This document shows, piece by piece, positions 35,571 through 48,719 of a stretch of DNA of 64,000 nt. The stretch lies in assembly GCF_009914755.1 (NCBI RefSeq), contig NC_060928.1; one strand, 5' to 3'. Position numbers and translations under genes: made by a program. The first letter of the stretch is position 1. Each line of letters begins with the position of its first letter. Source of the stretch: the human T2T-CHM13v2.0 reference genome, Homo sapiens. The notes under the pieces are model-generated. The model had not been told where the DNA came from and made no database searches. It was given only the letters and a program-made list of their open reading frames with translations.

Positions 35571-38500
35571 TTGCAACATGAACAGGATGGCTTGAAAATA
35601 AGAAACAGAAATAAAAGAAACACCTTATAATTTCTCTTGTTCCTTCCAGTTACTTCTTTTTAGCCAATCTATAATCCCTCGTGCAGATACAATGCTCTTC
35701 CTTTCCCAACTGGTCTGTAATGAACTATTACTTTTCATGGGAAAAGTGAATTTCCAATGTTTCCCAGGTTCTTGAATGTAGACTGACATTTTTCCCTAGC
35801 AAATTGACATAAACCTTTTCATGAATACACAAGGCCCCAAGGGGCCAAATTTACACGTAAAGAGAAAAGTTAGCAGTAACAGCATTGGTGGAGAAACAGA
35901 TTTTCCTTTTAATTGCTCACAGGCAGAATGTGCACAGCTAAAATGGCCTAAAAGGAAAAATGAAGTGATCATCTGACAAACCCAGGCAGTGTAAATACCC
36001 AATCCAGCAATTCAGGCCTTGGGGCAAGAAAACCATTTTCCCTGTGCCTGCCAAGCTCTCTTCTCATGTTTGAAAATTGTTCCTGGACCTAGCCTGAGGG
36101 ATTCAAGTATCTCAGACAGTGGCATCACCAAGTTGGCATGGAATTAAGTGAGGCATCTGTCCAATAGCATATTGGGCTCCATTCTCCCCCCGCCTTAGTC
36201 GCCCATGGTACTAAAAGGGTATTTAGGAAGAAATGCTCCCTCTGTGCAGGCACTATGGTATGATTCAGTACACCACATTAGTACTGCAGTGTCTGGAGTC
36301 TAGTTAAGGTAGATTCAGTGGCAAAGGGTCTAGACGTTATGGTGATAGGTGATTTAGCAAGGCATGGTTAGCTACAATGCTATATTTATTACTTCATGTG
36401 TTGGCTTTGGTTACTGACTAGCTCCAACCAGCTCTGTGGCAGAAGACATTTCTTATCAGTAAGTCGTTTTACGCTTGCCTTGGTTTGCCTCTTCTAAGAA
36501 TCTGAGTTCATACTTTTAAATTAAAATGAAAGAATGATTTTCAGTTTTTCCTCCATATTAAAAAAGGACCTGGAGTATCAGGCATTGTGGTCTCTTTTCT
36601 CCCTGTCTAAGCCACTGGGTAGATAACTGACAACTTAACTTCTTCAGGCCAGGAGGAAACTTGAAAATTCAGAATCATCCATTTAAAATACTTACCTTCT
36701 TGAGTTTCTTTGGCCTTCCTCCACCCAGCTACACCTGCTTCAGCTGGGAGCATGGAAATTCTGTCAGAGATACACTCATTCGATCTACTCCTGCAGAAAT
36801 GAGGTCTAATGGGGCTGATAATACCTACCCAACAGCAAGAGCAGATTATACCCAAGTATTCATTCTTGTCCTCCTTTTTACCCTGCCCATCTAACGCTGC
36901 AAAAAAAAGAATAATAACAATATTAGAGACAATCTGGGAACTTCTGCCTCTTTGCAAGGCTGACTCAAACCATGTTGGAATAATAATGTATTCAGCAGCC
37001 ACCTAGTCAGCAATGCAAAATGGTCCCTGGGTTCAAGGCTATGATACATTAGAATATAATTTGGCTGGAGTTTCTCTCTCTATTATGGAGAACAAATGCA
37101 TTTTTGAATGACTTGAAGAACAGGTCATGCTATTACTTATGATGGGTAAACTCAAAAAGGGTCATAGGAGAAACATAGTTCAGATAAGCCCCTGGAAACT
37201 ATAGATGCTCTTTCAAATCTAATCTCATTTTTTAGGTCTGTCTCTTCACTTTCAGGGCAGGAAACTTGGCTGCCGCTAGGGATCTATTTTCAACTTGTTG
37301 TGAGATTTCAGACAACTGCTGAATCTCTTGTGCCCCTAGTTACTCCATCTATGGCATATGGCAAATGCTACCTACCTCAGGCTATAGGGTACAGTGAAAA
37401 TTGTTGTGATGGTGGTTGTTTATTTCTCAAAAGACCAGGATCTGGCCAATTTCCAGGAGCTTTGAGCTAGATGGGCAACAATGGGTTTTCTTCCTAAGCA
37501 CCAGTGTTAGAAAGATTCCTGTGTGCTTAAACTGTTGTCATCTTTTCAGTTCCTCTCCTGTCTGTTTTATATACAGGCTCTTGTCAACAAGAGAACCAAT
37601 TTAGGTTCTTCACTGAGGATCTCAAGTTCCCACTTCTCACAACCAATTAAGCAGTATATTTAGAGAGAGGGCAAATATGACTTAGATATTCTTAACCAAA
37701 TCCTACAAAGGAAATTGCTTAGCACACATTCTATTTGCCGTCTACCCTTTCCTAATTAAACTGGGTAAGAGGATTGGAAAAATTGTATAATTACATGAAA
37801 AATCAATGTCACCTATTTTGACAGGCTTTGAGTACATTGTGAAAAATCATGACTGAAAGTCAACTTTTTGTGTGTGTTCACATGTTTTTGTACATGTGCT
37901 ATAGGCTGAGACAGCTTCCAAGTCCAGGTCATGGCAATCCTTGCTGGCGTTTATTGGTAGAGACCTGGCAATACTATATAAGGGCCACGCTCAGCCCTCT
38001 CCATGAACAGCCTCATAGTCCTCAGAGCAAGTCTTGGCTGTACACCCTTCGGCCTGCACCAAGTTTCTTTTACTTGAGAAATAGTCACAGTCCATCTGCT
38101 GTGCAAATACACAAATACAAAACCATCACCCGTTTCATTAGGAATTAGTCCCCACCAGGATACAGCAGCCCTTTCACCTTTGAGATGAGGAATGAATGTT
38201 GTAATTGTAGATGAAGGCCCTGAATGAGGCCTTTCCTGGGCAACAAATGGAGTCTGCTCTGGCTCCAGGAAGCCACTGGGCCAATAGGTGCCTCAGCAAG
38301 TTCTGTACCAAATGCCAACATGACAAATGCCAATTCTTAGCCTACTGTCTGTTATACTTTCAGCTACCTGTCTTTCACAGCATTGAGTACTCACATTTGG
38401 GAATGAGAACTAAAGATGTCAGTGGATGTCAGATCACTAATCACTTCCAAATACTCAGCACATCTGTACCAGTCCACAGCAACGAAATTGTCCCTCTGCA

Positions 38501-39269
38501 TATTCCTCATGGCTAATGTTTTCACATTTAGTTTGTAAACTACAAACTTCCTAAACCTGACTTCATAGAATTTTGCATTGTTCCTAATTTTTTAATAATG
38601 ATCAAGTATTACTTCTATAACTAGGGGGGAAAAATAGAATGTTCTGACATTTGACATGACTTTCCTCCAGGCTTGGGCATGACAGAAGGGATTAAAGAAC
38701 AAAATTTAAAACCTGAGTCTCACATATATACATAGATATCTCTAAAGAAGTCTAAAATATCTTGCAACGGTGATTGACTCTGGGAAGACAATTGGAGAAA
38801 GAGATGTCTTTAAAATATCCACCATGGATGGTAGAGGAAGACGAGGAGGAAAAGGAGTCAGGTACTGTCATTTTCAGAGAGATACCCATTGTGCTTTACA
38901 TGGAAAACAAAGGCACACCTCTAATCCCAGACATAGGCAAAACTTCCCTATTTGCATTTTTTAAAAATCAATTTCCACTGTGGAAAAGTGGGAAAGCTAC
39001 ATTCTAACAGCCTAGAATGCAGATTTTTAAATGTATCATCCACCTAGTTTATTTTCTCCTTCTCTGACATGGTCTTTAACCATGTCTCTGTTGGACACAT
39101 CCATAGAAAAGACAGAAGGTCACACACTTAACATTGTTTATTATCTAAATGGGATTTGTTCTTTCACCCCTGTCACTTCTCATTTAAGTATGTATTCTCT
39201 TTCTTAACTTTCTCGATCCTTCTCAGGGTTTTCACTCATGTAATGTATCTGTGTTTCCTTTCTTCTCTA

Positions 39270-39520
39270 ATAACATTTATTGAATACTTACTATGTTCTC
39301 TCTTTTTTTCATTTATTGTTTATTAGATGTCAGGCAGTAAACCCTTCATGTGCAGTATTTTATGTAATCTTCAGAACAATCTTATAAAGTGCCGTTATTA
39401 TCTTCATTTTGCAAATAAGAAAGCCAAATATTAAACAGGTAAAGTAACTTGCCCAACATCACACAGCTGACCCAGATCTAACCACGAAGAACCCCAAGAT
39501 TCAGGATGTAAAAGTGATAT
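39270..39520 (-). mobile_element. MIR
   Basis: taacatttattgaatacttactatg...ttcattttgcaaataagaaa...aggtaaagtaacttgcccaacatcacacagct. Confidence 0.75.
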
Positions 39521-40360
39521 TCTTACCTCACTCCTTAATTTTTTTGTTCCCTTGCATTTTTTCTTCAAATTCCTGTTTACTATCTAATGCCCTCATATTA
39601 TTTACCTCTTTTACTTTTCATCAGTTTTCCATTGTTTTCCCCTGTCCTTGTGGTGCCACCTTTAGTTTTCTTTGGTCACGTTCAAGGTACAAGTAGATAA
39701 TTAATTTTAGGGGCTTCTTTCCTGCTACTCAGAGCCATACTGAATAACCATGGGCTATGTAATTGGAAGAGAGGTGATTTCCTACTGATTTCCAATTGTA
39801 TGTGCTTGAAAATGGTGCTTATCCCAAAGACCAGGAAACTGTTATCCAGTATCTTCATAAGGTAGTGGGAAGACAGAAAATGTATTAAACTACATATTAA
39901 CGTCTAGCTGGTGTTAGTGAACTAGTAGAATACATACTTTTTTCCACAAAATGTAACTTTTATACTTGAGGGACATGCAAACAAGATTCTTTTGTGAACA
40001 AATGCTTTTATTTTTAGCTCCAAAATATCAACTTTGCAAAAATGTTAAGCATGAAACAGCATTCCATTATTGAGTTGCTTTTGTTGTACTTACATCACTA
40101 TATTTTTGAGAGAGTTGGTACTGTTATCAACATCATCATCATTAAATAACAGATGAAGGAGAAGGAGAACTTGAAGGAAGGAAATCAAGGTTCCAAAATT
40201 CAAACCTATATGTAAGCCTTGCCCCAACCCTTACACCTCATGAAGTAAGAAAGAAAACAGATAGCCCCAGAACAAAAGAAAAGCATACATAGCTAGAATT
40301 CATATTCAAAAGGCTAAAGGGAGGAAAAATATTTCTGTATCTAGATAAATATGCATGTGG

Positions 40361-40402
40361 ACACACACACACACACACACACATACACACACATACACAC
40401 AC
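40361..40402. repeat. Interrupted (AC)n microsatellite
   Basis: Directly visible. Confidence 0.95.
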
Positions 40403-42719
40403 GCATACCTCCTTTGCGTCAGAAGCCTTGCCCAGCAGAGCCTATGGCAGTGACTTAATGGCATGACATCACTGCATCTCAGATAATATGTGGTAATGAA
40501 TTCATTGCATAGGATCTATGACCAGAAATTCATCCCCGGCCCTTCCCCTGCCCACCCTGTTCGCAACAGCAAGCCAAGTTTGTGTAGCTCTGTGCCCCTC
40601 AGCCTGTGTGCTTAATGCATGCATTAAACAGGGAGACTGGCGATGGTTTCCTATGTTTCTCATTATTTAAAAGAACAAGTTAATCTTCCCTTTGGGGGGC
40701 AGCAGGGGAACTGAAAACCACACGATCCTCTTAAATAGTTCTATGCCCGGCCCTCCCTTGTTGACAGGTCTGCTTTCATAATTTTATTGTCATGGCTTTG
40801 GAGCAAATTTTAGAGAGGTAGAGTTAGTTGATGGAAGGGTTGGAAATGAGAAGGAAGATGAGGCTGGGAAAATCCTAGGGGGGTGAGGGAAAGAAATCAA
40901 GCCATCTGATGGATGGCAAGTCTTTTATCAGATATATCTCCTTTCCTTTTCGAGTGCCTATCATATCACACAAACTGCTCCTGAAGAGCCCTCCATTTAC
41001 CCTTTCCCCTAATTAAATGTGCACTTCATTAATGTAAATTGGGGGTTTAATGCTCTTGTTGAAATTCTGAAGAAAGTGCTATGGCCTTGCGAAATGCTTA
41101 AGCATCATTGCAAATTAGATTAGGGACCAAGAAAGGCAGTAAAATTAGAATGATAATGGCTGATGTGGCTTCCTGACAGGCATGACTATTCAGGGATCAA
41201 TGGAATGGAGAACAGTTTCCCGAGCCCAAAGTGAAAGGCAGGGACAAACGTCAGCCTACAGATGTGGCTTTTGGAAGCACTTTCAATTAGTTTAATTTGG
41301 TAAATGGTGGGGATTTAGAGGCTCTCAGCCAGTCATACAAGACAAGAATACATTGAAATGTTTTTCACTTTTTAACATAAAATAGGATTGGCTTTAGATT
41401 TGCATTTCTCGAACAAGAAGATGGAGTGGGGTGGGAGGGGATGGGGGTGCAGGGAAAGTTTCCAAAGTGTTTTACCAACTCTGCTTTTGAAAATGGAAAT
41501 GACTTTTATAAGCTTGGACTGAAACCTTCCAAAGAGTGGGAAAGGAAAGAGTAAATGTACTCCTTCTGGTTCTCAGGGAGGCCTTAAATCCTGAACACCT
41601 CAAGAGCCCAATGTGTGCTAAAACATGTTGTCAAGACTGGGGAGTGGGGGTGAAGGGGCAGAGGGGAGGGTGGGGGGAGAGGGAGGAGCAGGCAGTGAAA
41701 TACACTCAAACTTATCCATCATTTCTTATGATAAACTTGTTTTTCATGGTTAAAAAAATAAATGTTATTTCTCAGCTAGAGCAAAAAATTTAATTACAAT
41801 TTTAAATGTGTCACACAAAAGAAATATTCATAACCTGATCACACTAATATTCACCCAAGCACACGTGCTCGCGGTTCTACTTACGAGGCATCAGCACACG
41901 CCCATCAGCAGACACTCAGTGGACGCTCATTTGGCCGTTACTTCAGAGCAGGGCTCTCATGTGGTTGGTGCTAAGTATGCCTTTTCCTTTTTGCTCCCTC
42001 CTGCAAACTCCACCCCACCCCCAGACCCCTGGTGTCTTCACTGGAAAATAAATTGGCACTAATCTGGTGACTGGGGACATTTACAGGCAGGACAGCTTCT
42101 GTGCACAAAGGCCTCCTTCAGATTTGTGCATTTTGACTACAGGTCCCTCCTTGTGTTCCCAGAATGCTGTCAAGCTCGACTGGGACCTCCTCCCTGAAGG
42201 CGTCTGCATTTTTCATGAGTGAAGAGGAAAGAGATGATGCGTCAGAAATTGCGGTAAATATTACCAAATCCCCAGTGGCTCCCAAAGCCCTTTCAACCTC
42301 ATGAACCAGCGTGGTGATTCACCCTCTAAATCCTTTTACCAATTCACCAAAAGTGTGCTAATAGGCTCACCTCTCACTCTTGTTAAGTTAATATCGCAAG
42401 TCAGCAACAAAGCATGGAAATGCACAAAACTCATACTGAAAGGAGAGAGACACGTGTCCAGAAGGGAGAAGAATGATCTCAGGCAATGAAAACAAACCAG
42501 GGCAAAGGTAAGCTCAGAACATAGTATGCCGTGTTAATCATTCGGTGGCTAGGAATTCTCAGTTTCATCATGAGGATGGTAACAGGTCATTGGTGTTACC
42601 AGCAATTCCACCACTGATGGGCTTCATAAGGCCTCTTCATAAAGGCGGCTTGTCTCCCACAAAACACCCGGATGAGAAGTAGAAAAAAATCCGAGTAAAT
42701 TATTCCAATTAAGTTAACA

Positions 42720-42940
42720 ATCATAATATCTAATATTTGTGTATTACTTTGATGGTTTCTAAAAACATGTACAAATCCAATAACTCATTTCATCTGTAGC
42801 AAAATCTTCAGAGACAGAAAAGAAATGAATACTTATTTTATAGATGAGGGAAATGAGGTACAGAGGTGTCTAGTTACTTCCCCAAAGACACAAAGTTAAC
42901 AAGTGGCAGTGGAGGAATTAAGACAAGAGTTCTTTTTCTA
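42720..42940 (-). mobile_element. MIR
   Basis: attttatagatgagggaaatgaggtacagagg...ttacttccccaaagacacaaagttaacaagtggcag. Confidence 0.75.
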
Positions 42941-43104
42941 GCAGCTAGTGTTGTTGCAAAATTGATAGATGATTATTGTGAAAAAATTTCAAGTAACACA
43001 GCAATGTACAAAGAAGAAAGTAAAGTGCATAACAATAATTAGTGGAAATATTTTGCGAACTTTCCTTCATATATCTTTCTGTGCATGTAGATAAGATTAA
43101 TAGT

Positions 43105-43280
43105 AGTAATATAATAAGAGGGAACACATACTGAGTTCTTAACCATGTACGAGCTATCTTGTATACTGTGCATTTACTCCTCAGAACAACCCTCTGAGGT
43201 AGATGTAGCTTACACATGAGGAAAGTGAGGTGTGAAGAGGGTAATTATTAATAATTTGTCCAAATTCACATAACTATGCA
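43105..43280 (-). mobile_element. MIR, within degraded L1ME-like sequence (~42940-43500)
   Basis: tcctcagaacaaccctctgaggtagatg...atgaggaaagtgagg...aatttgtccaaattcaca. Confidence 0.65.
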
Positions 43281-43929
43281 TATACCTTACAAAAATATGA
43301 TCATAGTGCTCTTATTAGTAGGTAAGATGCTTTTTCACACAGCAATATATCACAAATATCTTTTCATGTATCTTCCTCATCAGGTTTAGTGCTTTTAATT
43401 TTTTTTCCTAAACAATGCTATGATGAAAATTCTGAGCAAACTTTCTTTCACATTTAGCTGGTGATCTCCTCAGGGCTAATCCTAGACAGGAGATACAGAG
43501 CAAAACTCTCTAGGCACTCAGAGAATTGCCTGTAGCTGTAGCCCACGTCCCCCAGTGGTAATAACACGAAAGCACTATGAGATGAGACAGAACTAGTCCT
43601 TTCCTTCCTTCCCATCACTCCACAAGCATTTGATTGGATACTATGAAAAAAAAAGCCCAATAAGATAGATTCTGGGTCCTCAAGAAGCACACAGACATGC
43701 GAGAGAGACAGAAAAGTAAAGAATCAATTATTATACAAAACAGTGTGATTTGTGCTAGGATAGGAAGATTCACATATTTCTTACATTGACAACTAAACTC
43801 TGTACTCAGCCCAGACCAGTGAGCTCAGGGAAGGCTCTCCCAGCAGAGAAGATACCTGGAGGAATCCTAAAGGAGGAACTAGGGTTGTTCAGGCAAGGGA
43901 GGATGGGTGGATGCTGGATGTTGCAATCT

Positions 43930-44184
43930 TCAGTTCTCATCAGGAGCCCTCTTTGTGTAGCTGCTTTCTCTAGAGCCTCCTATACCACTTCTCCTTCTTG
44001 CCCCTTCAAGCCAAAGAGTGGGTGATAGTGGTTTCCTATTTACTAACTTTAAGATACTAGAATCTCCCCATTTTATTTTTGAAAATGCTGTGTAGCCATT
44101 TGTAAATAGCCCATTATTAAACTCTCTTCAGATTACCTAGCTTGAGTGTGAGACCTGTTTCCTGCCAGGACCTTGACTGACTCA
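43930..44184 (+). mobile_element. ERVL LTR 3' part (LTR33-like)
   Basis: cttgccccttcaagcc...tgtaaatagcccattattaaactctcttcagattacctagcttgagtgtg...tgtttcctgccaggaccttgactga. Confidence 0.6.
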
Positions 44185-45540
44185 ACACATATACAGAAGA
44201 GATTGAGCAGAGTTCTACAGATCTCACAGCCCTCCCTGCCTTACCCCTATCCCAAAGCCCACTGAGAAGCAGAAATAAGGCTCCTAGCTCCAGAAGAAAT
44301 GCGTAGCACTTGAGATTGGCCCCATTCCCTTGTTGGCACAATGATCTCCACGGGACATCTCTTTTCTGGCACCAGTTAGAAATGTTCAATTCCATTTCAC
44401 TTTAATTTGCAATAAATGTGCCTAATTTTATTTTTAATTTCCTAAATAGATTGATTTGGCAAAGCCACTTCACCAGCTCAAAGGTTAAATTCCTAATTGA
44501 AAATGCTAATATCGAATTCATTTTCTCAAATGCTGATTCTCTGATTTTGTGAAACGACTCTTTTTCAGATAAGAATCAGAGAACTATGGGGATGGGAGAT
44601 TTGGTAGACATCAACCCAATAGGTACAACAAGGTTAAAGGTCTTGCCCAACAAGACACAGCTTGCTAATAACATCTTTTCACTCCACTAGAACCTGCAGT
44701 TCCTGAATGGAGGCAGCCGTTGTTTGCCCTGGAAAAGTATTGTCTGCCACAGAATGATGGGAAGAATAGAGAATGATTCTTCCCAGTTTGTGAGACTTTC
44801 CCTCCTTTAGCATTTAAATACTTTTAGATATGGTCTCAGTTTTACTTTCTACATCCTGGAAGACTATTTCAAAAATAAATAAACTAAAAAGAGTAACACA
44901 AGAAACCAGTAATAGTAGTTGTTTCCTGGAGGAAAAATGAGAGACAGGGAGAAGGGGTGGGAAGAAGAATTACTTTTTGTGAGTTAATTTGTAACTTATG
45001 ACATTTATAACATTTGAAGGTATTACCTATTTTAAAAATAAATTAGCTTATTTGGAAGGCAGGAAGAAAAAGTATTATTTGAATTCTGTTTAACAAAGAG
45101 ATATTGCTTGCGTTCCACACAATCTAGAACTTTCTAGGCACTGGAGGGGATATAAAGGCACAGTTCCAGACTTCAAAGGATTTGTTGTCTTCTAAAGGAG
45201 ACAAAAATGAACAGAATCAATGATAATCCATCAAGGAATGTGTGAAGCCACAGAATAAAGGGTAATCACAGAAAAGAGATGGAAAGATAGTCATTTCAAC
45301 TGGGTTGCACATTCACAGATGGTTAGAATTGGGGAAGGATGAGCCAAGTGGAAGGAATTGTGTCAGCAAAAGCTTGATGGGGAAAATTAAGGAGGTTGTG
45401 AACAGCTTGTTTCTGCTCACACTACAGCAAGTGGGGATAAGCAATAACCCTATGTCCCTTCCTACGTCTAGCTGTAAGGATACCCTCCATTTTTCATAAA
45501 AGTCCTATTTGTAATAAGTATGTCTTACCTAAGTATTACA

Positions 45541-45838
45541 TTTTAGTTTTTTTAAATTTTATTTTAAGTTCCAGGATACTTGTGCAGGTTTGCTACATAG
45601 GTAAACATGCACCATGGTGGTTTGCTGCACCTATCAACCCATCACCAAGGTATTAAGCCCTGCATACATTAGCTATTTATCCTGATGCTCTCCCTCCCCC
45701 AGGGCCCCCTACCCCTACAGGCCCCAGTGTGTGTTGTTCCCCTCCCTGTGTTCATGTATTCTCATTGTTCAGCCCCCACTTATAAATGAGAACATGCGGT
45801 GTTTGGTTTTCTGTTCCTGCATTAGTTTGCTAGGGGTA
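45541..45838 (-). mobile_element. L1PA (L1PA7/8-like) 3' end, 5'-truncated
   Basis: ttttattttaagttccaggata...acaggccccagtgtgtgttgttcccctccctgtg...gagaacatgcggtgtttggttttctg. Confidence 0.92.
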
Positions 45839-47869
45839 AAAGGTCTTTTTAAAGAAACTCCTTAAACTTCACAGTAACATATCTCTACTACATAGTTGAA
45901 GAAACCAGCTGAGAGAGGGCAGCAGAGTTGGATGGGATTTTAAAGGTAACCGGTCATTTTACTAATAAGGAAATGGAGGCCAATGGAGACGATGTGACAT
46001 TTAGTTAGGAACAGACCCAGAAACTTCTGAGATGTGTTTGCCTCACAGATAGAAGGAACAAAACCAAATGTGCCCTCTACTAAGTGTTGATCCCGTTGGA
46101 ATGGACTAATTTAGAGGGCACAAAAAATTGGCATTTGGCTTGTATTAACTCATTTTCTGCCTAATGCAGAAATTAAATCTGTACAATTCAATTGTCCCTA
46201 TGCTAGCCACCACCAGAAAACGTGTTAGGAAAAACAGATGCTTTTATGACTACCATTAGCACGACCAAGTTGGTTTTTTGTCCTATATCTACTGTTATTC
46301 ACTCAGAAACTCCATGCCTCTAGTGTGACTGTGTCCGTAAGTACAGATGTAGACTGGAAAGGAGAAGGGCATTCTCACAAGCAGGAAGTCAGAGGTTTGC
46401 CTCGTTACTGTACTGTCTACCACTGATCCAGAGGATACTGTGACTGAAGGGCTACGAAATATTTGGAGGTATTGTTTTTAAAAGAGAAAAATTAAATACA
46501 TATTAGAAGATAATTGATTATATAAGGCTGTCCAGGTCCAGGGCAGGCTTGGCTGCCATATATAGCAAGCAGCATGTAAAACTTATAAGAAAAAAGCCAC
46601 ATGGACATTTAGTCTTGAGTTTCCTGTATTATACGTGATCTCATCTTTTACCCCTCATTAAATGTGTGCCCACCTCCCCTCTGCTAGCTCTTCATACACA
46701 TACTATCTGCCTCTCTTGCCTTTTTGAGATGCTCCCCCGTGTCCCAGCTGGACCTGAATGATTAGGTGTGGCCCTATAGCTCACTCTCACTTATTCAGCT
46801 GTTAAAGCAGCTTAAACCCTCATAAGAACATTAACATTTGGGTGCCAATAACAGATTGACCTTTATTCATAAAGTGCAAATAGTTGGAAGTTGAACAGAT
46901 TGGTTGCCAGCGATTGCCTTTTATGTGCAGTTTAAGGCTTTGATTTCTCTCCCCTTTCTTCCTTTAATCTGACATCACTGGGTTGAATAGGGTTTGCACT
47001 CTAAGTAAACAAGGCCAGGGGAGGCCTTTGCTTTTGTAGCACAGTTTGCTTGGAAAGAGAAGGAGACAGGAGGGTGACATTAAAAGATTTGCCTTTGGAA
47101 TTAAACAATTTAAGAATGGATTGGAAACCCCAAAACTGAGTGGAGCTGTTGGTAGGCTCTGAACTGAACTCACACAAGAGCCTTTTGCATATGGGACTAT
47201 TTATCCACAATCATTCATGTAGATGGTGAATGAGAATGTAAGGATTTATATTAACTCTCTTGAAAGTTTACTCTATGTCATACACAAAAGGGAAACTCAG
47301 AAACCCACAGAGCCTATGGATTTGAAATGAGACCACACTGCACTGCTTTGTTACCCTCTTCTAGCCAGCTGTGAGCATTTTGATGCTTAAGATTGCAGAG
47401 GGTGGCTGAAGCCCTTTAAACAACTAGTGTTTCTTTAAAGCATTCCAAGGGAATACCTCTTAAGCATAAGCTTTTAAAGATACTCTCCAACACAGCGTTC
47501 GGTTCTGAGGGGTTTTTCCCTGATTTATCTTGACAGTACTTTACTTTCAATAGCACAGTCTACACTTTGTAGTGAATGGGGAATCTTTACAGCATTTTCA
47601 TAGGTAGCATGAGCACATGCAAGTCTTCCTCGCAATTAATTGTGCCCATTTAGAAATAATAAAGTGAGTCAACAGAACACAGGAAATGGAAGATATGAAG
47701 CTCTCATTAATAGGGCTTGGCCATAAGTAAACGGCAATTTTATGTGAATACTCGTTCTGCCAGAGCTTTTGATTATGTTTTTAAAAAATCTTAAATGCCT
47801 GTATTTTAGGACTATAGGGATATTTCTTTTTGATCCAGATAATTTAGCATTGCATTGTCTATTAACAAC

Positions 47870-48080
47870 TTTGGCTTTAGAATTAGGCAGACCCAGATTT
47901 GTGTCCCAGCCCTTATTAGAAGCTTGTTAACTGTGTAACTTGGACATAGAACTAGTCTTAAAGCCCCATTTTCTCTGCAATCTGTGAGTCACTGTAGTGC
48001 CAATCTCAGAGGGATGAGCATCTCTATGAAGCTCTTAACGCAGCCCCTAGCCCTTAGTAAGTACTCCATAAAAGTTATTG
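47870..48080 (+). mobile_element. MIR
   Basis: ggctttagaattaggcagacccag...ctgtgtaacttggaca...agtaagtactccataaaagttatt. Confidence 0.6.
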
Positions 48081-48661
48081 TTTTTTATCAAAATTCAGTT
48101 TTATATCACATTACTGTCCTAGGTCTGTATGGAGAATATGACAAAAACAATAGAAAGTGCTTAGCAATGGACCCATCTCACAACTAACTTCGATAAATAG
48201 AAACTGCTATTATTATTGTCATTTTAGTCTATACTGTCTTGTAACAGATTGTTTCACTATCTCAAACTACAGTATGGCTGTCTTGTGGCAGAAAACAGGG
48301 CTTTCATTTTTTTGTGTGTGCCCCCGATGCCTGAGCACAATATTAATGTAGAGTGGACACTTAATAAATTACTTATTAGTAAACTCTTCTTCTCCTTGAT
48401 TGGGAACTACTTTCTCCAAAGTCAAAAACAGAAACATCATCTTTCACTCCTTCTCTTTCAGTCCCTCCATCTAATCTAATACTGAGGTCAATCATTTCTG
48501 GCTTAAAAAATTAGCTCTCCTGTTTTCCATTCACGTTGTCACTAAGCTAATCCAGGTTTGCAACAGCCTTCTAAAGGAGAACCCACAAGACAGGTACTGT
48601 GTCCTCACCACCACTCTCCACTGCTTTCAGTCATTCTGCAAACTGACACCAGGCAAATATT

Positions 48662-48719
48662 CTCCAAGATTCTTTTATGTCCCTACCCAGCTCCAAGATT
48701 CTTTTATGTCCCTACCCAG
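48662..48719. repeat. Perfect 29-bp tandem duplication
   Basis: ctccaagattcttttatgtccctacccag x2 (48662-48690, 48691-48719). Confidence 0.97.

Noticed and set aside
38819-38964. Strong Kozak context ccaccATGg opening a 46-codon ORF (MDGRGRRGGKG...)
   Set aside because: No promoter, exon structure or recognisable homology; such a 9-mer is plausible by chance.
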